From an uncultured Rickettsiales bacterium (GTDB lineage: Bacteria > Pseudomonadota > Alphaproteobacteria > Rickettsiales > UBA6187): a stretch of DNA of 44,191 bases. Below, piece after piece: positions 11,883-20,390 of this stretch. The notes beneath the pieces are model-generated. The model was not told the origin of the DNA, ran no database searches, and worked only from the letters and a program-made list of their open reading frames with translations. Numbering within the stretch: the first letter of the stretch is position 1; every line of letters begins with the position of its first letter. The position numbers and the translations under genes were made by a program. Location of the stretch: contig CAZTUN010000002.1 in assembly GCA_964616845.1 (NCBI GenBank), forward strand, positions 1-44,191. Reading direction: 5' to 3'.

Positions 11883-11972
11883 GTCGCTTGTGAAAAAGTC
11901 TCTTTTTGTTATCCATGAAAATATTATATAGCCTAATCTAAGAGTGGCTCGTAGCCTTTTTCACGGCAGACT
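11883..11972. mobile_element. MITE-like 89-90 bp inverted-repeat element, copy A. No ORF.
   Basis: The ends GTCGCTTGTGAAAAAG and the reverse complement GTCTGCCGTGAAAAAG match at 12/16 positions. Flanked by the direct repeat TATTG (11878-11882 and 11973-11977), or TTATTG if the terminal T belongs to the duplication. Identical over all 90 nt to the two halves of 26861..27122. Confidence 0.7.
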
Positions 11973-12032
11973 TATTGATCTATCATAAAATCATTTATAA
12001 GGCTTTATAGAATAGATGTAAATCTAAAATGC

Positions 12033-12473
12033 TTACTGCTTCAGCAAAGAAGCTACAGCATCTATTGCTAATATATATCCCTTTGTACCTAATCCACAGA
12101 TCATACCATCTGCTATATCAGAAATAAATGAATTATGCCTAAATTCTTCTCTTTTAAATATATTAGAAATATGAACTTCAACTATAATCCATTCTTTTGC
12201 CAGTAAGGCATCTCGAATGGCTACCGAAGTATGTGTATACGCTCCAGCATTTATAATAATTGCCTGCTTATTTCCTCTAGATGCTTGTATTTTATCAATT
12301 ATCTCACCTTCAGAATTGCTTTGGAAGAATTCACAATTCAATCCTAATTCTTTAGATTTAATCGCACATTCTTTTTCTATATCTTCTAAAGTAGTTGCAC
12401 CATAAAGCTTTGTTTCTCTACTTCCTAGTAAATTTAAATTCGGACCATTTATTATTAATATTGAATTGCGCAT
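12033..12473 (-). CDS. aroQ: Type II 3-dehydroquinate dehydratase
   Basis: 146 aa with the canonical [19 protein letters not shown]-terminus and the HISN motif. Confidence 0.9.
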   Translation of the reverse strand: MRNSILIINGPNLNLLGSRETKLYGATTLEDIEKECAIKSKELGLNCEFFQSNSEGEIIDKIQASRGNKQAIIINAGAYTHTSVAIRDALLAKEWIIVEVHISNIFKREEFRHNSFISDIADGMICGLGTKGYILAIDAVASLLKQ

Positions 12474-12593
12474 ATTTTTTAATGATTTAATGATTTAAAA
12501 CTATATTGGTGTTGATTCTAGGTTAAAACCTGCTAATAGTAAACAAGTCTATATATATTTGCTAAAATCTCAAGTTTTGCAAGGATAATGCTA

Positions 12594-12794
12594 ATGGTGA
12601 TTACACTAAATGGAGAAGAATATAGTTTGAATGAAGCTATATCTTTAGAACAATTGTTATATAAACTACAAATAGATCCTAATAAAGTCGCCATTGAGCG
12701 TAATCTTGAAATAGTTCCTGCTCAAAATTTTAATACAACAGTAGTAACGCAAGGGGACAATATTGAAATTGTTCAGTTTATTGGCGGAGGTTGA
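12594..12794 (+). CDS. thiS: Sulfur-carrier protein ThiS
   Basis: About 66 aa with a ubiquitin-like fold pattern, ending in GGG-stop, directly upstream of thiG. AAGGA at 12581-12585 fits ATG 12594 (8-nt spacing) better than the ORF-track ATG at 12588 (2 nt). Confidence 0.8.
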   Translation: MVITLNGEEYSLNEAISLEQLLYKLQIDPNKVAIERNLEIVPAQNFNTTVVTQGDNIEIVQFIGGG

Positions 12795-12803
12795 TAATTT
12801 ATT

Positions 12804-13598
12804 ATGATTGCTATAAATGATCCTTTAATAATTGCAGGCAAAACTTATTCATCTCGACTATTAGTTGGAACTGGAAAATATAAAGATTTTCAAGAAACAA
12901 AAGATGCCATAGAAGCATCTGGAGCAGAAATTGTCACTGTAGCAGTAAGACGGGTAAATATTGCAAAATCTAATGAGCCAATGTTGCAAGATTATATTGA
13001 TCCAAAGAAATATACTTATCTTCCTAACACTGCAGGTTGCTTTACAGCCCAAGATGCTTTAAGGACTCTGCGCCTTGCTCGAGAAGCTGGTGGCTGGAAC
13101 TTAGTAAAGCTTGAAGTACTTGCAGATGAACAAACTTTATATCCTGATATGATAGAAACTCTTAGTGCTGCGCAAACTCTTATAAAAGAAGGCTTTGAGG
13201 TTATGGTATATTGTACTGATGATCCCATTCTTGCAAAGAAGCTTGAGGATATAGGTTGCTGTGCTATTATGCCACTTGCAGCACCAATAGGTTCGGGACT
13301 TGGAATACAAAATCGTACTAATCTTGAATTAATTGTGCGAAATGCTAAAGTACCAGTGTTAGTAGATGCTGGTGTAGGCACGGCATCTGATGCAAGTATA
13401 GCTATGGAATTAGGCTGTTGTGGTGTATTGATGAATACTGCTATTGCTAAGGCGCAATACCCTGTTACTATGGCAGAGGCTATGAAACATGCTATAATTG
13501 CAGGAAGACTTGCTTATTTATCGGGAAGAATGGAAAAGAAATATTTTGGAGCTAACGCATCTTCTCCGAAAGAAGGAATATTAAGTAAGTTAGCTTAA
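12804..13598 (+). CDS. thiG: Thiazole synthase ThiG
   Basis: 264 aa with [10 protein letters not shown] and the KLEV Schiff-base lysine region. TIM-barrel ThiG pattern. Confidence 0.9.
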   Translation: MIAINDPLIIAGKTYSSRLLVGTGKYKDFQETKDAIEASGAEIVTVAVRRVNIAKSNEPMLQDYIDPKKYTYLPNTAGCFTAQDALRTLRLAREAGGWNLVKLEVLADEQTLYPDMIETLSAAQTLIKEGFEVMVYCTDDPILAKKLEDIGCCAIMPLAAPIGSGLGIQNRTNLELIVRNAKVPVLVDAGVGTASDASIAMELGCCGVLMNTAIAKAQYPVTMAEAMKHAIIAGRLAYLSGRMEKKYFGANASSPKEGILSKLA

Positions 13599-13634
13599 GT
13601 TTTTCTCTTAAATTATAACAAAGTAAAATTTCTC

Positions 13635-15185
13635 ATGAAAAATAATTTATTTCGTGCAAATAATTTAGAGTCTTTAGTGGGTTCTAATAAATTAAATTAT
13701 CGCCTCTTTATATTGTTATTGGCGACCTTAGGTATATTTACTTTCTCTAGAATATTTTTTCTCTTTAACACTGATTTGAATTTATTCTACGATGAAGCTC
13801 AATATTGGATTTGGTCAAAATACCTATCCTTTGGCTATTACTCGAAACCTCCAATGGTATCTTGGCTAATTTATTTGACTTCCAATATTTGTGGGGACGC
13901 AGAACCTTGCATAAAGCTATCATCATCTATAGTCCACTTTATAACTGCAATTGTAATATTTTTTATTGGTAAAAAACTTTATACTCCGCAAATAGGCTTC
14001 CTCAGCGCAATAAGCTATATAACTTCTCCTGGAGTGTCATTTTCTAGCCTTATCATCTCAACTGATCCAGCGTTAATTTGTTTTGCAGCATTAACCTTGT
14101 TAAGTTTTATTTACGCCCTAGAAAGAAATACCATATCTTCTTGGTTACTAGTTGGATTATTTGGAGGATTAGGCATGCTAACTAAATATAGTATGTCTAT
14201 CCTAGCTTTCTCTGTATTTGGTTATTTAATTTCTTCTAACAAATATAAGTTTACTTTTCGTAACTATAAAATCTATTTAGCTGCTCTAACTGGATTACTT
14301 ATATTCTTACCTAATATAATATGGAACTATCAACATTATTTTGTAACTTTCTCTCACACTAAAGATAATGCAAATTTACAAGGATCTTTATTCCATTTAA
14401 AGCATTTAGGTGAATTCTTCTTAGCGCAATTTGCTGTATTTGGTCCTATATTATTCTTTTGTTTAATATTTTTAGTTACATTTGCTAATTATAAAAAGAA
14501 AGCCCTCTCTGAAAGAACTCTACTACTTACTTGGTTTATTACTCCTACTCTCCTATTAATGCTAATCTTAAGTCTATTATCTAGAGCTCACGCTAATTGG
14601 GCAGCAACAATCTCTGTTCCTGCAACTATTATGGTAATAGCTTATTTAGTTAATCGTAAATATTTCATTATTTTAACCGCTAGTATTATGCTTAATTTAT
14701 TAGCAGCAACGGTAATTTTATTTGCAAATCCTATTATTAAAGAATTTGGTTTCCAGTTTACCCCTAATAAAACCAATCTTTCAATTAAGTCTATTCGCGA
14801 TCCACTATTGCGAATACGAGGTTGGAGAGATTTAGGTAATGAGGTTAGTAAAATTATTAAACTATATCCTAATGCAATACTTATTACCGACTCGCGCAAG
14901 CTTTATAGTGAATTAGTCTATTATGTAACTCCTAGACCTTTTAGTGCTTTAAAATGGAATCCTAATCACGAGATAAAAGATCATTTTGATTTAACTGCAA
15001 GTTTAGATAATGCTGATAATAATCTTGAATTCATTTTCGTGACTAACACTGTATATCCTTATGAAAAACTTAATAAGTGTTTTTCTAGTGTAATAAAGCT
15101 AGACAATATTGTTATTGAAGCACAAAGTAGTAATGAAAATAAATATAATATATATCGGCTAGGAAAATATTTATGCAAAGAATAG
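13635..15185 (+). CDS. ArnT/PMT-like (GT39/GT83-type) polyprenyl-phosphate-sugar-dependent glycosyltransferase, polytopic membrane protein
   Basis: 516 aa with many TM helices. The first periplasmic loop carries the family signature YDEAQYW...SKPP. C-terminal soluble domain. Confidence 0.8.
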   Translation: MKNNLFRANNLESLVGSNKLNYRLFILLLATLGIFTFSRIFFLFNTDLNLFYDEAQYWIWSKYLSFGYYSKPPMVSWLIYLTSNICGDAEPCIKLSSSIVHFITAIVIFFIGKKLYTPQIGFLSAISYITSPGVSFSSLIISTDPALICFAALTLLSFIYALERNTISSWLLVGLFGGLGMLTKYSMSILAFSVFGYLISSNKYKFTFRNYKIYLAALTGLLIFLPNIIWNYQHYFVTFSHTKDNANLQGSLFHLKHLGEFFLAQFAVFGPILFFCLIFLVTFANYKKKALSERTLLLTWFITPTLLLMLILSLLSRAHANWAATISVPATIMVIAYLVNRKYFIILTASIMLNLLAATVILFANPIIKEFGFQFTPNKTNLSIKSIRDPLLRIRGWRDLGNEVSKIIKLYPNAILITDSRKLYSELVYYVTPRPFSALKWNPNHEIKDHFDLTASLDNADNNLEFIFVTNTVYPYEKLNKCFSSVIKLDNIVIEAQSSNENKYNIYRLGKYLCKE

Positions 15186-15826
15186 TAACTTTAATTGGCT
15201 ATGCATCTATCTCTATATTAATAAGTCTGTTATTTTATTACTATCCACAAATTGATATTTGGTTTTCTGGACTATTTTTTAAAAATAATCATTTTTTTCT
15301 TCGGCAAAATAATTTTCTTACTTATATACATCAATTTGTTCCTATTATTACAAAAACAATAATCTTATTATGCCTTGCCCTTTTAATCTTATATATTTTG
15401 CTTAAGAGAAGCATTCTTGATTTAACTCCGCTGAAGGTAGCCTATATCCTTCTTGCTCTTCTAATTGGCCCTGGATTAATTATAAACACTACTTTAAAAA
15501 ACAACTGGGGAAGAGCAAGACCTTATACTATAGAAGAATTTGGCGGTGATAAAAAATTCTCTCCAGCATTTGTTATGACAAACCAGTGCAAAAAAAACTG
15601 TTCTTTCTCCTCAGGTGACCCATCTGTTGGCTTTGTGATGTTTACGTTAGTATTTTTGTATGGATCTAGATGGATGTGGCTTCCTCTCTCTTTAGGTGGA
15701 GTATTTGGTCTAACCAGAATAATGCAAGGCGCACATTTTCTTTCTGACGTAGTTATATCTGGTATAATAACTGTCTGGGTATGCTATTTGTTATATTTAG
15801 CCCTTATCGATAAGAAAAGCCATTAA
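15173..15826 (+). CDS. PAP2-family membrane phosphatase (lipid phosphate / lipid A phosphatase-like)
   Basis: Motif 1 (KX6RP) is KNNWGRARP. Motif 3 (RX5HX3D) is TRIMQGAHFLSD. Motif 2 reads SSGD instead of PSGH. Overlaps the upstream glycosyltransferase by 13 nt. Confidence 0.8.
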   Translation: MQRIVTLIGYASISILISLLFYYYPQIDIWFSGLFFKNNHFFLRQNNFLTYIHQFVPIITKTIILLCLALLILYILLKRSILDLTPLKVAYILLALLIGPGLIINTTLKNNWGRARPYTIEEFGGDKKFSPAFVMTNQCKKNCSFSSGDPSVGFVMFTLVFLYGSRWMWLPLSLGGVFGLTRIMQGAHFLSDVVISGIITVWVCYLLYLALIDKKSH

Positions 15827-15862
15827 TGCTTAAACAGATAAATGTTAATTGGCTTAGTGCTA

Positions 15863-16723
15863 TTATTCTCCTAGCAATAACATTATTTTATTTAATTCTG
15901 ACATATTTCGATAAGTTATTACTACTTTACCACCACGATTATTCTCTTCAATGCTTATACCAAGACCTGTTTTCTTGATAAGAATATTTTCTAATTCAAG
16001 AATTTCTGCATTTTTTTCTTTTTTAGATATTTTATTCTTCTCTTTTTTTGAAACATATCCAGCCGCAAATTTCTCCGTTTCTCTAACACTTAAACCTTTA
16101 TCGATTACTTCTTTTGCAATTTCAGAAGGAAACTTAGATGTCACTATAGCCCTAGCATGTCCCATACTTAAAGCACCACTATTGATATAGCTCTTTACAT
16201 CTTCTGGCAACTCTAGTAACCGTAGCATATTAGCTATATGGCTACGACTTTTTCCTAATCCAGAAGCAAGTGTTTCTTGGGTATAGTTAAATTCGCTCTG
16301 CAATCTTCTATATCCATCAGCTTCTTCTATTGGTGTTAAATTCTGTCTTTGGATATTTTCTATTAAAGCAATTTCCATTGCTTCTTTATTACTAACTTCT
16401 CTAACTATTACAGGAATTTGTTCAATACCAACTAGCTTACAAGCACGCCATCTTCGCTCACCTGCAATAATCTGATAAATCCCTTCTCTTTCAGTTGATC
16501 TAACAATTATAGGCTGAATCATTCCATTTGCTTTAATAGAATCTGCAAGTTCATTTATTTTATCTTGATCAAATATTTCTCTAGGCTGATATGGACCTGG
16601 TCTTAGTTGGACTGGTGGAACCATCAATATTCTAGCATTAAGTTCTGCTCCATCTAGTTTAACTTCTGGAGCATCCTCTTCTAAAAGAGCTGAGAGCCCT
16701 TTTCCTAAAGCTTTTACTGCCAT
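15863..16723 (-). CDS. parB: Chromosome partitioning protein ParB (Spo0J)
   Basis: ParB box IAGERRWRA, LIENIQRQNL, an HTH region, and position immediately downstream of parA. Confidence 0.9.
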   Translation of the reverse strand: MAVKALGKGLSALLEEDAPEVKLDGAELNARILMVPPVQLRPGPYQPREIFDQDKINELADSIKANGMIQPIIVRSTEREGIYQIIAGERRWRACKLVGIEQIPVIVREVSNKEAMEIALIENIQRQNLTPIEEADGYRRLQSEFNYTQETLASGLGKSRSHIANMLRLLELPEDVKSYINSGALSMGHARAIVTSKFPSEIAKEVIDKGLSVRETEKFAAGYVSKKEKNKISKKEKNAEILELENILIKKTGLGISIEENNRGGKVVITYRNMSELNKIMLLLGE

Positions 16724-16726
16724 AAC

Positions 16727-17560
16727 TTATCCCTCCATTTTTTCAGTTATTGGTTGCACTATATGTTCTCTTTCTAGAAGCTCTTTTGCCAAATGCATAT
16801 AAGCTAAAGATCCTATACATTTATGGTCGTATATTATAGCAGGTTTGCCGTGTGAAGGTGCTTCGGAGATTTTTATATTTCTTGGAATAACAGTTTCAAA
16901 AACATCTCCACCAAAATATTGCCTTACATCTGCCTCAATCTGAGCAGTTAATTTGTTACGTTTGTCATACATGGTTAAAACAACACCATCTAACTTTAAA
17001 TTAGGATTTAAACGCTTCTTTATTCTATTTATACTTTTTATAAGATGACTTAGACCTTCTAATGCATAAAACTCGCATTGTAACGGAATTATGACAGAAT
17101 GAGACGCAACTAGCGCATTTATTGTTAATATTCCTAATGATGGAGGACAGTCTATAATTACATAATCAAAATCATTTTGAATATTACCAAGTTGCTTCTT
17201 AAGTATATATTCTCTTTCTTCTATATTGACTAACTCTATCTCTGCAGCGGCCAAATCTACGGTAGATGAAACTAATTTTAAATAAGGAACTTCTGTAGAG
17301 ATTATAGCATCTCTTACATCAACCTGCCCCGTCATTACATCATATATATTTACCGTTCTTTTTTTGGCATCAATACCAAGACCAGTACTAGCATTTCCTT
17401 GAGGATCATAGTCTATCAATAAAACTTTTTTTTCAGTTGCAGCAAGTGCTGTAGCTAAATTAACCGAGGTTGTTGTTTTTCCTACTCCACCTTTTTGGTT
17501 TGCCATAGATATAATTTTACCACTAAAATTAATATCCTGAATCTTACCTAACTCACCCAC
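16727..17560 (-). CDS. parA: Chromosome partitioning ATPase ParA (Soj)
   Basis: Deviant Walker A NQKGGVGKTTT. GTG start with GGAG 8 nt upstream on the minus strand. Confidence 0.9.
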   Translation of the reverse strand: MGELGKIQDINFSGKIISMANQKGGVGKTTTSVNLATALAATEKKVLLIDYDPQGNASTGLGIDAKKRTVNIYDVMTGQVDVRDAIISTEVPYLKLVSSTVDLAAAEIELVNIEEREYILKKQLGNIQNDFDYVIIDCPPSLGILTINALVASHSVIIPLQCEFYALEGLSHLIKSINRIKKRLNPNLKLDGVVLTMYDKRNKLTAQIEADVRQYFGGDVFETVIPRNIKISEAPSHGKPAIIYDHKCIGSLAYMHLAKELLEREHIVQPITEKMEG

Positions 17561-17574
17561 AATTTTTCTCCAAA

Positions 17575-18171
17575 TTACCTCATTATTTTTACAATAGTAC
17601 CACCATTTGGAATATCTATTATAGTTATATTATAATTATCTTTGATTTCCTTTTTGGCCTCCTTAATTTCTTCTACACTATTTTTTCCCTTTTGATAAAG
17701 ACATATTTTACTTTTATCTATGAATCTTTTTGTAAGAGGAATTAGTTTTACCATTGGAGCAACAGCTCTTGCTGTTAAAACATCACTTTCCCATGCATCA
17801 ATAGATTCTATTCTTTGAGTATGTACATATACTTTATTTTTTGCAAACTTACTTGCCTCTTTTAAAAAAATACTTTTTCTTTCGTCACTCTCAATAAGAT
17901 GTACTTCTATATCCATCATTATAGAAATAATAATTCCAGGAAATCCACCTCCAGAACCAAAATCTGTAAGAACTTTTGTATCCTTAGGTATAAAATGTGT
18001 TAAGTTAGCACAATCTAGAATATGTCGCTCCCACAACTCATCATGATTATTATATCTTATAAGATTAATTTTCTTATTCCACTTCTCTAGTAAGTCTACA
18101 AATAAGTTTATTTTTGCAATTGTTTCACGTGAAACAATTGCTTCAAAATGGCTTTTTGATGTAAAAAACAT
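17575..18171 (-). CDS. rsmG: 16S rRNA (guanine527-N7)-methyltransferase RsmG (GidB)
   Basis: SAM motif DFGSGGGFPGI. N-terminal VSRET segment. Position between mnmG and parA. Confidence 0.9.
   Translation of the reverse strand: MFFTSKSHFEAIVSRETIAKINLFVDLLEKWNKKINLIRYNNHDELWERHILDCANLTHFIPKDTKVLTDFGSGGGFPGIIISIMMDIEVHLIESDERKSIFLKEASKFAKNKVYVHTQRIESIDAWESDVLTARAVAPMVKLIPLTKRFIDKSKICLYQKGKNSVEEIKEAKKEIKDNYNITIIDIPNGGTIVKIMR
18121..18136. promoter_or_regulatory. parS: parS centromere site 1 (ParB binding site), inside the 5' end of rsmG
   Basis: Exact TGTTTCACGTGAAACA, which is the canonical chromosomal parS consensus. It is the core of the perfect 24-bp palindrome CAATTGTTTCACGTGAAACAATTG (18117-18140). 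Confidence 0.85.
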
Positions 18172-18371
18172 GGTAATAAACTGCTTATATTAATGGTGAA
18201 TTTTGTAGCAAAAATTCACTATAAAAATTTAGCTCATTCTTGTCAAATTAGGTGAAATCTTATTAGCCAAATAATAGATTAGCGGCATTTTTGCAAGTTA
18301 ACTAATTCTATGAAACAATTAAATCTTTGCCCTCTAGCAAATATCAGAAAAGTAATTATTATTATTTTATA

Positions 18372-20243
18372 CTAATTAGCCTTTTTCTTTAGTGCTACCA
18401 TAATTGCTGCAATTGCTGCTGGAGTAACTCCTGGAATTCTACTTGCTGAACCCAAATTAGATGGCTGTGCTTTTTTTAATTTCTCTCTAACTTCTTTTGA
18501 TAAACTAATAACATTAGTATCGAAATCAAAATTCTTTGGAATTCTTATAGCTTCATCTTTACGAAATAAATTAATATCAAGATTTTGCTTATCTAAATGA
18601 TTGGCGTAAAGCATTTCTATAATTAGTTGTTTTCTTGTTTCTTCAGAAACAACATTTAATTCTGGCCATATCGAGACTATCTTGTCATAGTCTATATTTT
18701 GATAACTAAGCAAATCTAGTGCCGTTCTTCTTATTCCATCTTGATTCAAGAATAATTCATATTTTTTGGCTTCACTTGGTGTAATACTATATTTACTTAA
18801 GAGCTCTTTCCCTTTTTCAAATGCATTTTGTTTTCTTAGAAATTCAATTTTACGTTCCTCACTAATAATATTTAGATCTATAGCCTTAGGAGTTAATCTT
18901 GTATCTGCATTATCTGCTCTTAAAGTTAATCTATACTCGGCTCTAGAGGTAAACATCCTATATGGTTCTGATGTTCCAAGAGTTGTTAAATCATCGATCA
19001 TAACTCCTATATATGCATCAGCTCTATCTAATATAAATGGTTCTAAGATATTTTGTGCGGTTAGTCCTGCATTTATACCTGCAATTATTCCTTGTCCTGC
19101 CGCTTCTTCATATCCAGTAGTGCCATTAATTTGTCCTGCAAGATATAATCCTGATATTTTTTTTGTCTCTAATGTATGAGAAAGTTCTCTTGGATCAATA
19201 AAATCATATTCTATTGCATAGCCACATCTTAACATTTTTGCCTGCTCTAATCCAGGTATTGTCTTCAATATCTCAAGCTGAACTTCCTCTGGAAGAGACG
19301 TTGATATTCCATTTGGATAAACTGTATAATCATCTAATCCCTCTGGCTCTAAAAATATTTGATGATCTGGTCTATGTGCAAACCTTACTATTTTATCTTC
19401 TATAGAAGGACAATATCTAGGCCCTACGCTTTTTATTTGACCTGAATACATAGCTGAAAGATGGACATTATCTTCTATTATTTTTTTTGTTATAGCTGTC
19501 GTTCTTGTAATGTAGCATTTTATTTGCGGTACGGTTATAACATTATTTAGATATGAAAATGGGACTGGAGGGTTATCACCTTCCTGTGCAGTAGCTTTAC
19601 TCCAGTCAATGGTTCTGCCATCTAGTCTTGGAGGCGTTCCTGTTTTTAGTCTTCCCATAGTTAAACCTATTCCATATAACGAATCAGAAAGTCCTATTGA
19701 AGGAGGCTCTCCAACACGTCCTGCTGGAGTAGTTTTTGTTCCTATATGTATTAGTCCCTTTAGGAAGGTTCCTGTTGTAAGTATTAGCTTTTTGCAGCTA
19801 ATTTTCTCACCATTATTTAAAATTACAGCTTCTACTTTATCTTTATTGATTACTATATTCTCTACAGAAGAATATAATATGGAAAGATTTTGGTGATTAT
19901 TTAACAAATCAAAAACTGCTTTCCTATATAATTTTCGATCTGCCTGCGCTCGTGGACCCCATACGGCAGGTCCTTTACTACTATTTAACATTTTATAATG
20001 AATCCCTGCTCTATCTATAGCAAGTCCCATTATACCACCCAATGCATCTACTTCTCTTACTAAAGTTCCCTTAGCAATTCCGCCTATGGCAGGATTACAT
20101 GACATCTCGCCAAGATTATCCGGTCTTAGAGTTATCAACAGGGTTTTTGCTCCAGTTCTAGCTGCTCCAGAAGCAGCTTCTGCTCCAGCATGCCCCCCTC
20201 CTATGACTATAACATCATATTGATCTAACGGCTCATTTGTCAT
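18372..20243 (-). CDS. mnmG: tRNA uridine-5-carboxymethylaminomethyl modification enzyme MnmG (GidA)
   Basis: 623 aa. FAD motif [16 protein letters not shown]. Full-length GidA pattern. Confidence 0.95.
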   Translation of the reverse strand: MTNEPLDQYDVIVIGGGHAGAEAASGAARTGAKTLLITLRPDNLGEMSCNPAIGGIAKGTLVREVDALGGIMGLAIDRAGIHYKMLNSSKGPAVWGPRAQADRKLYRKAVFDLLNNHQNLSILYSSVENIVINKDKVEAVILNNGEKISCKKLILTTGTFLKGLIHIGTKTTPAGRVGEPPSIGLSDSLYGIGLTMGRLKTGTPPRLDGRTIDWSKATAQEGDNPPVPFSYLNNVITVPQIKCYITRTTAITKKIIEDNVHLSAMYSGQIKSVGPRYCPSIEDKIVRFAHRPDHQIFLEPEGLDDYTVYPNGISTSLPEEVQLEILKTIPGLEQAKMLRCGYAIEYDFIDPRELSHTLETKKISGLYLAGQINGTTGYEEAAGQGIIAGINAGLTAQNILEPFILDRADAYIGVMIDDLTTLGTSEPYRMFTSRAEYRLTLRADNADTRLTPKAIDLNIISEERKIEFLRKQNAFEKGKELLSKYSITPSEAKKYELFLNQDGIRRTALDLLSYQNIDYDKIVSIWPELNVVSEETRKQLIIEMLYANHLDKQNLDINLFRKDEAIRIPKNFDFDTNVISLSKEVREKLKKAQPSNLGSASRIPGVTPAAIAAIMVALKKKAN

Positions 20244-20267
20244 TGCAAATCCTACAAAAATAGAAAT

Positions 20268-20283
20268 TGTTTCACGTGAAACA
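20268..20283. promoter_or_regulatory. parS: parS centromere site 2, in the mnmE-mnmG intergenic spacer
   Basis: Exact TGTTTCACGTGAAACA. It is the core of the perfect 24-bp palindrome AAATTGTTTCACGTGAAACAATTT (20264-20287), 25 nt upstream of the mnmG start codon. Confidence 0.85.
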
Positions 20284-20390
20284 ATTTTAAAAATATGAAA
20301 TTTTATACCTAAAATTATATAATTAATATAATTGCAAATCTATTACTATAATTACACAAAATTAGCCAGATATTTTTAAGAACGATTAGA

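Noticed and set aside
11906-11918. DnaA-box-like TTATCCATG inside the repeated element (also at 26886-26894)
   Set aside because: It matches only 7/9 of TTATCCACA and sits inside a mobile repeat. There is no clustering of boxes and no AT-rich unwinding context specific to an origin.
12481-12496. Tandem duplication AATGATTT x2 in the aroQ/thiS divergent spacer
   Set aside because: Only two units of an AT-rich 8-mer. This is consistent with chance or slippage, and nothing supports a function.
12474-12593. Possible TPP (THI-box) riboswitch upstream of thiS
   Set aside because: The spacer is only about 115 nt and lacks the conserved CUGAGA and pyrimidine-sensor and pyrophosphate-sensor helix sequences. 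There is only a vague GGTG...AACCTG resemblance.
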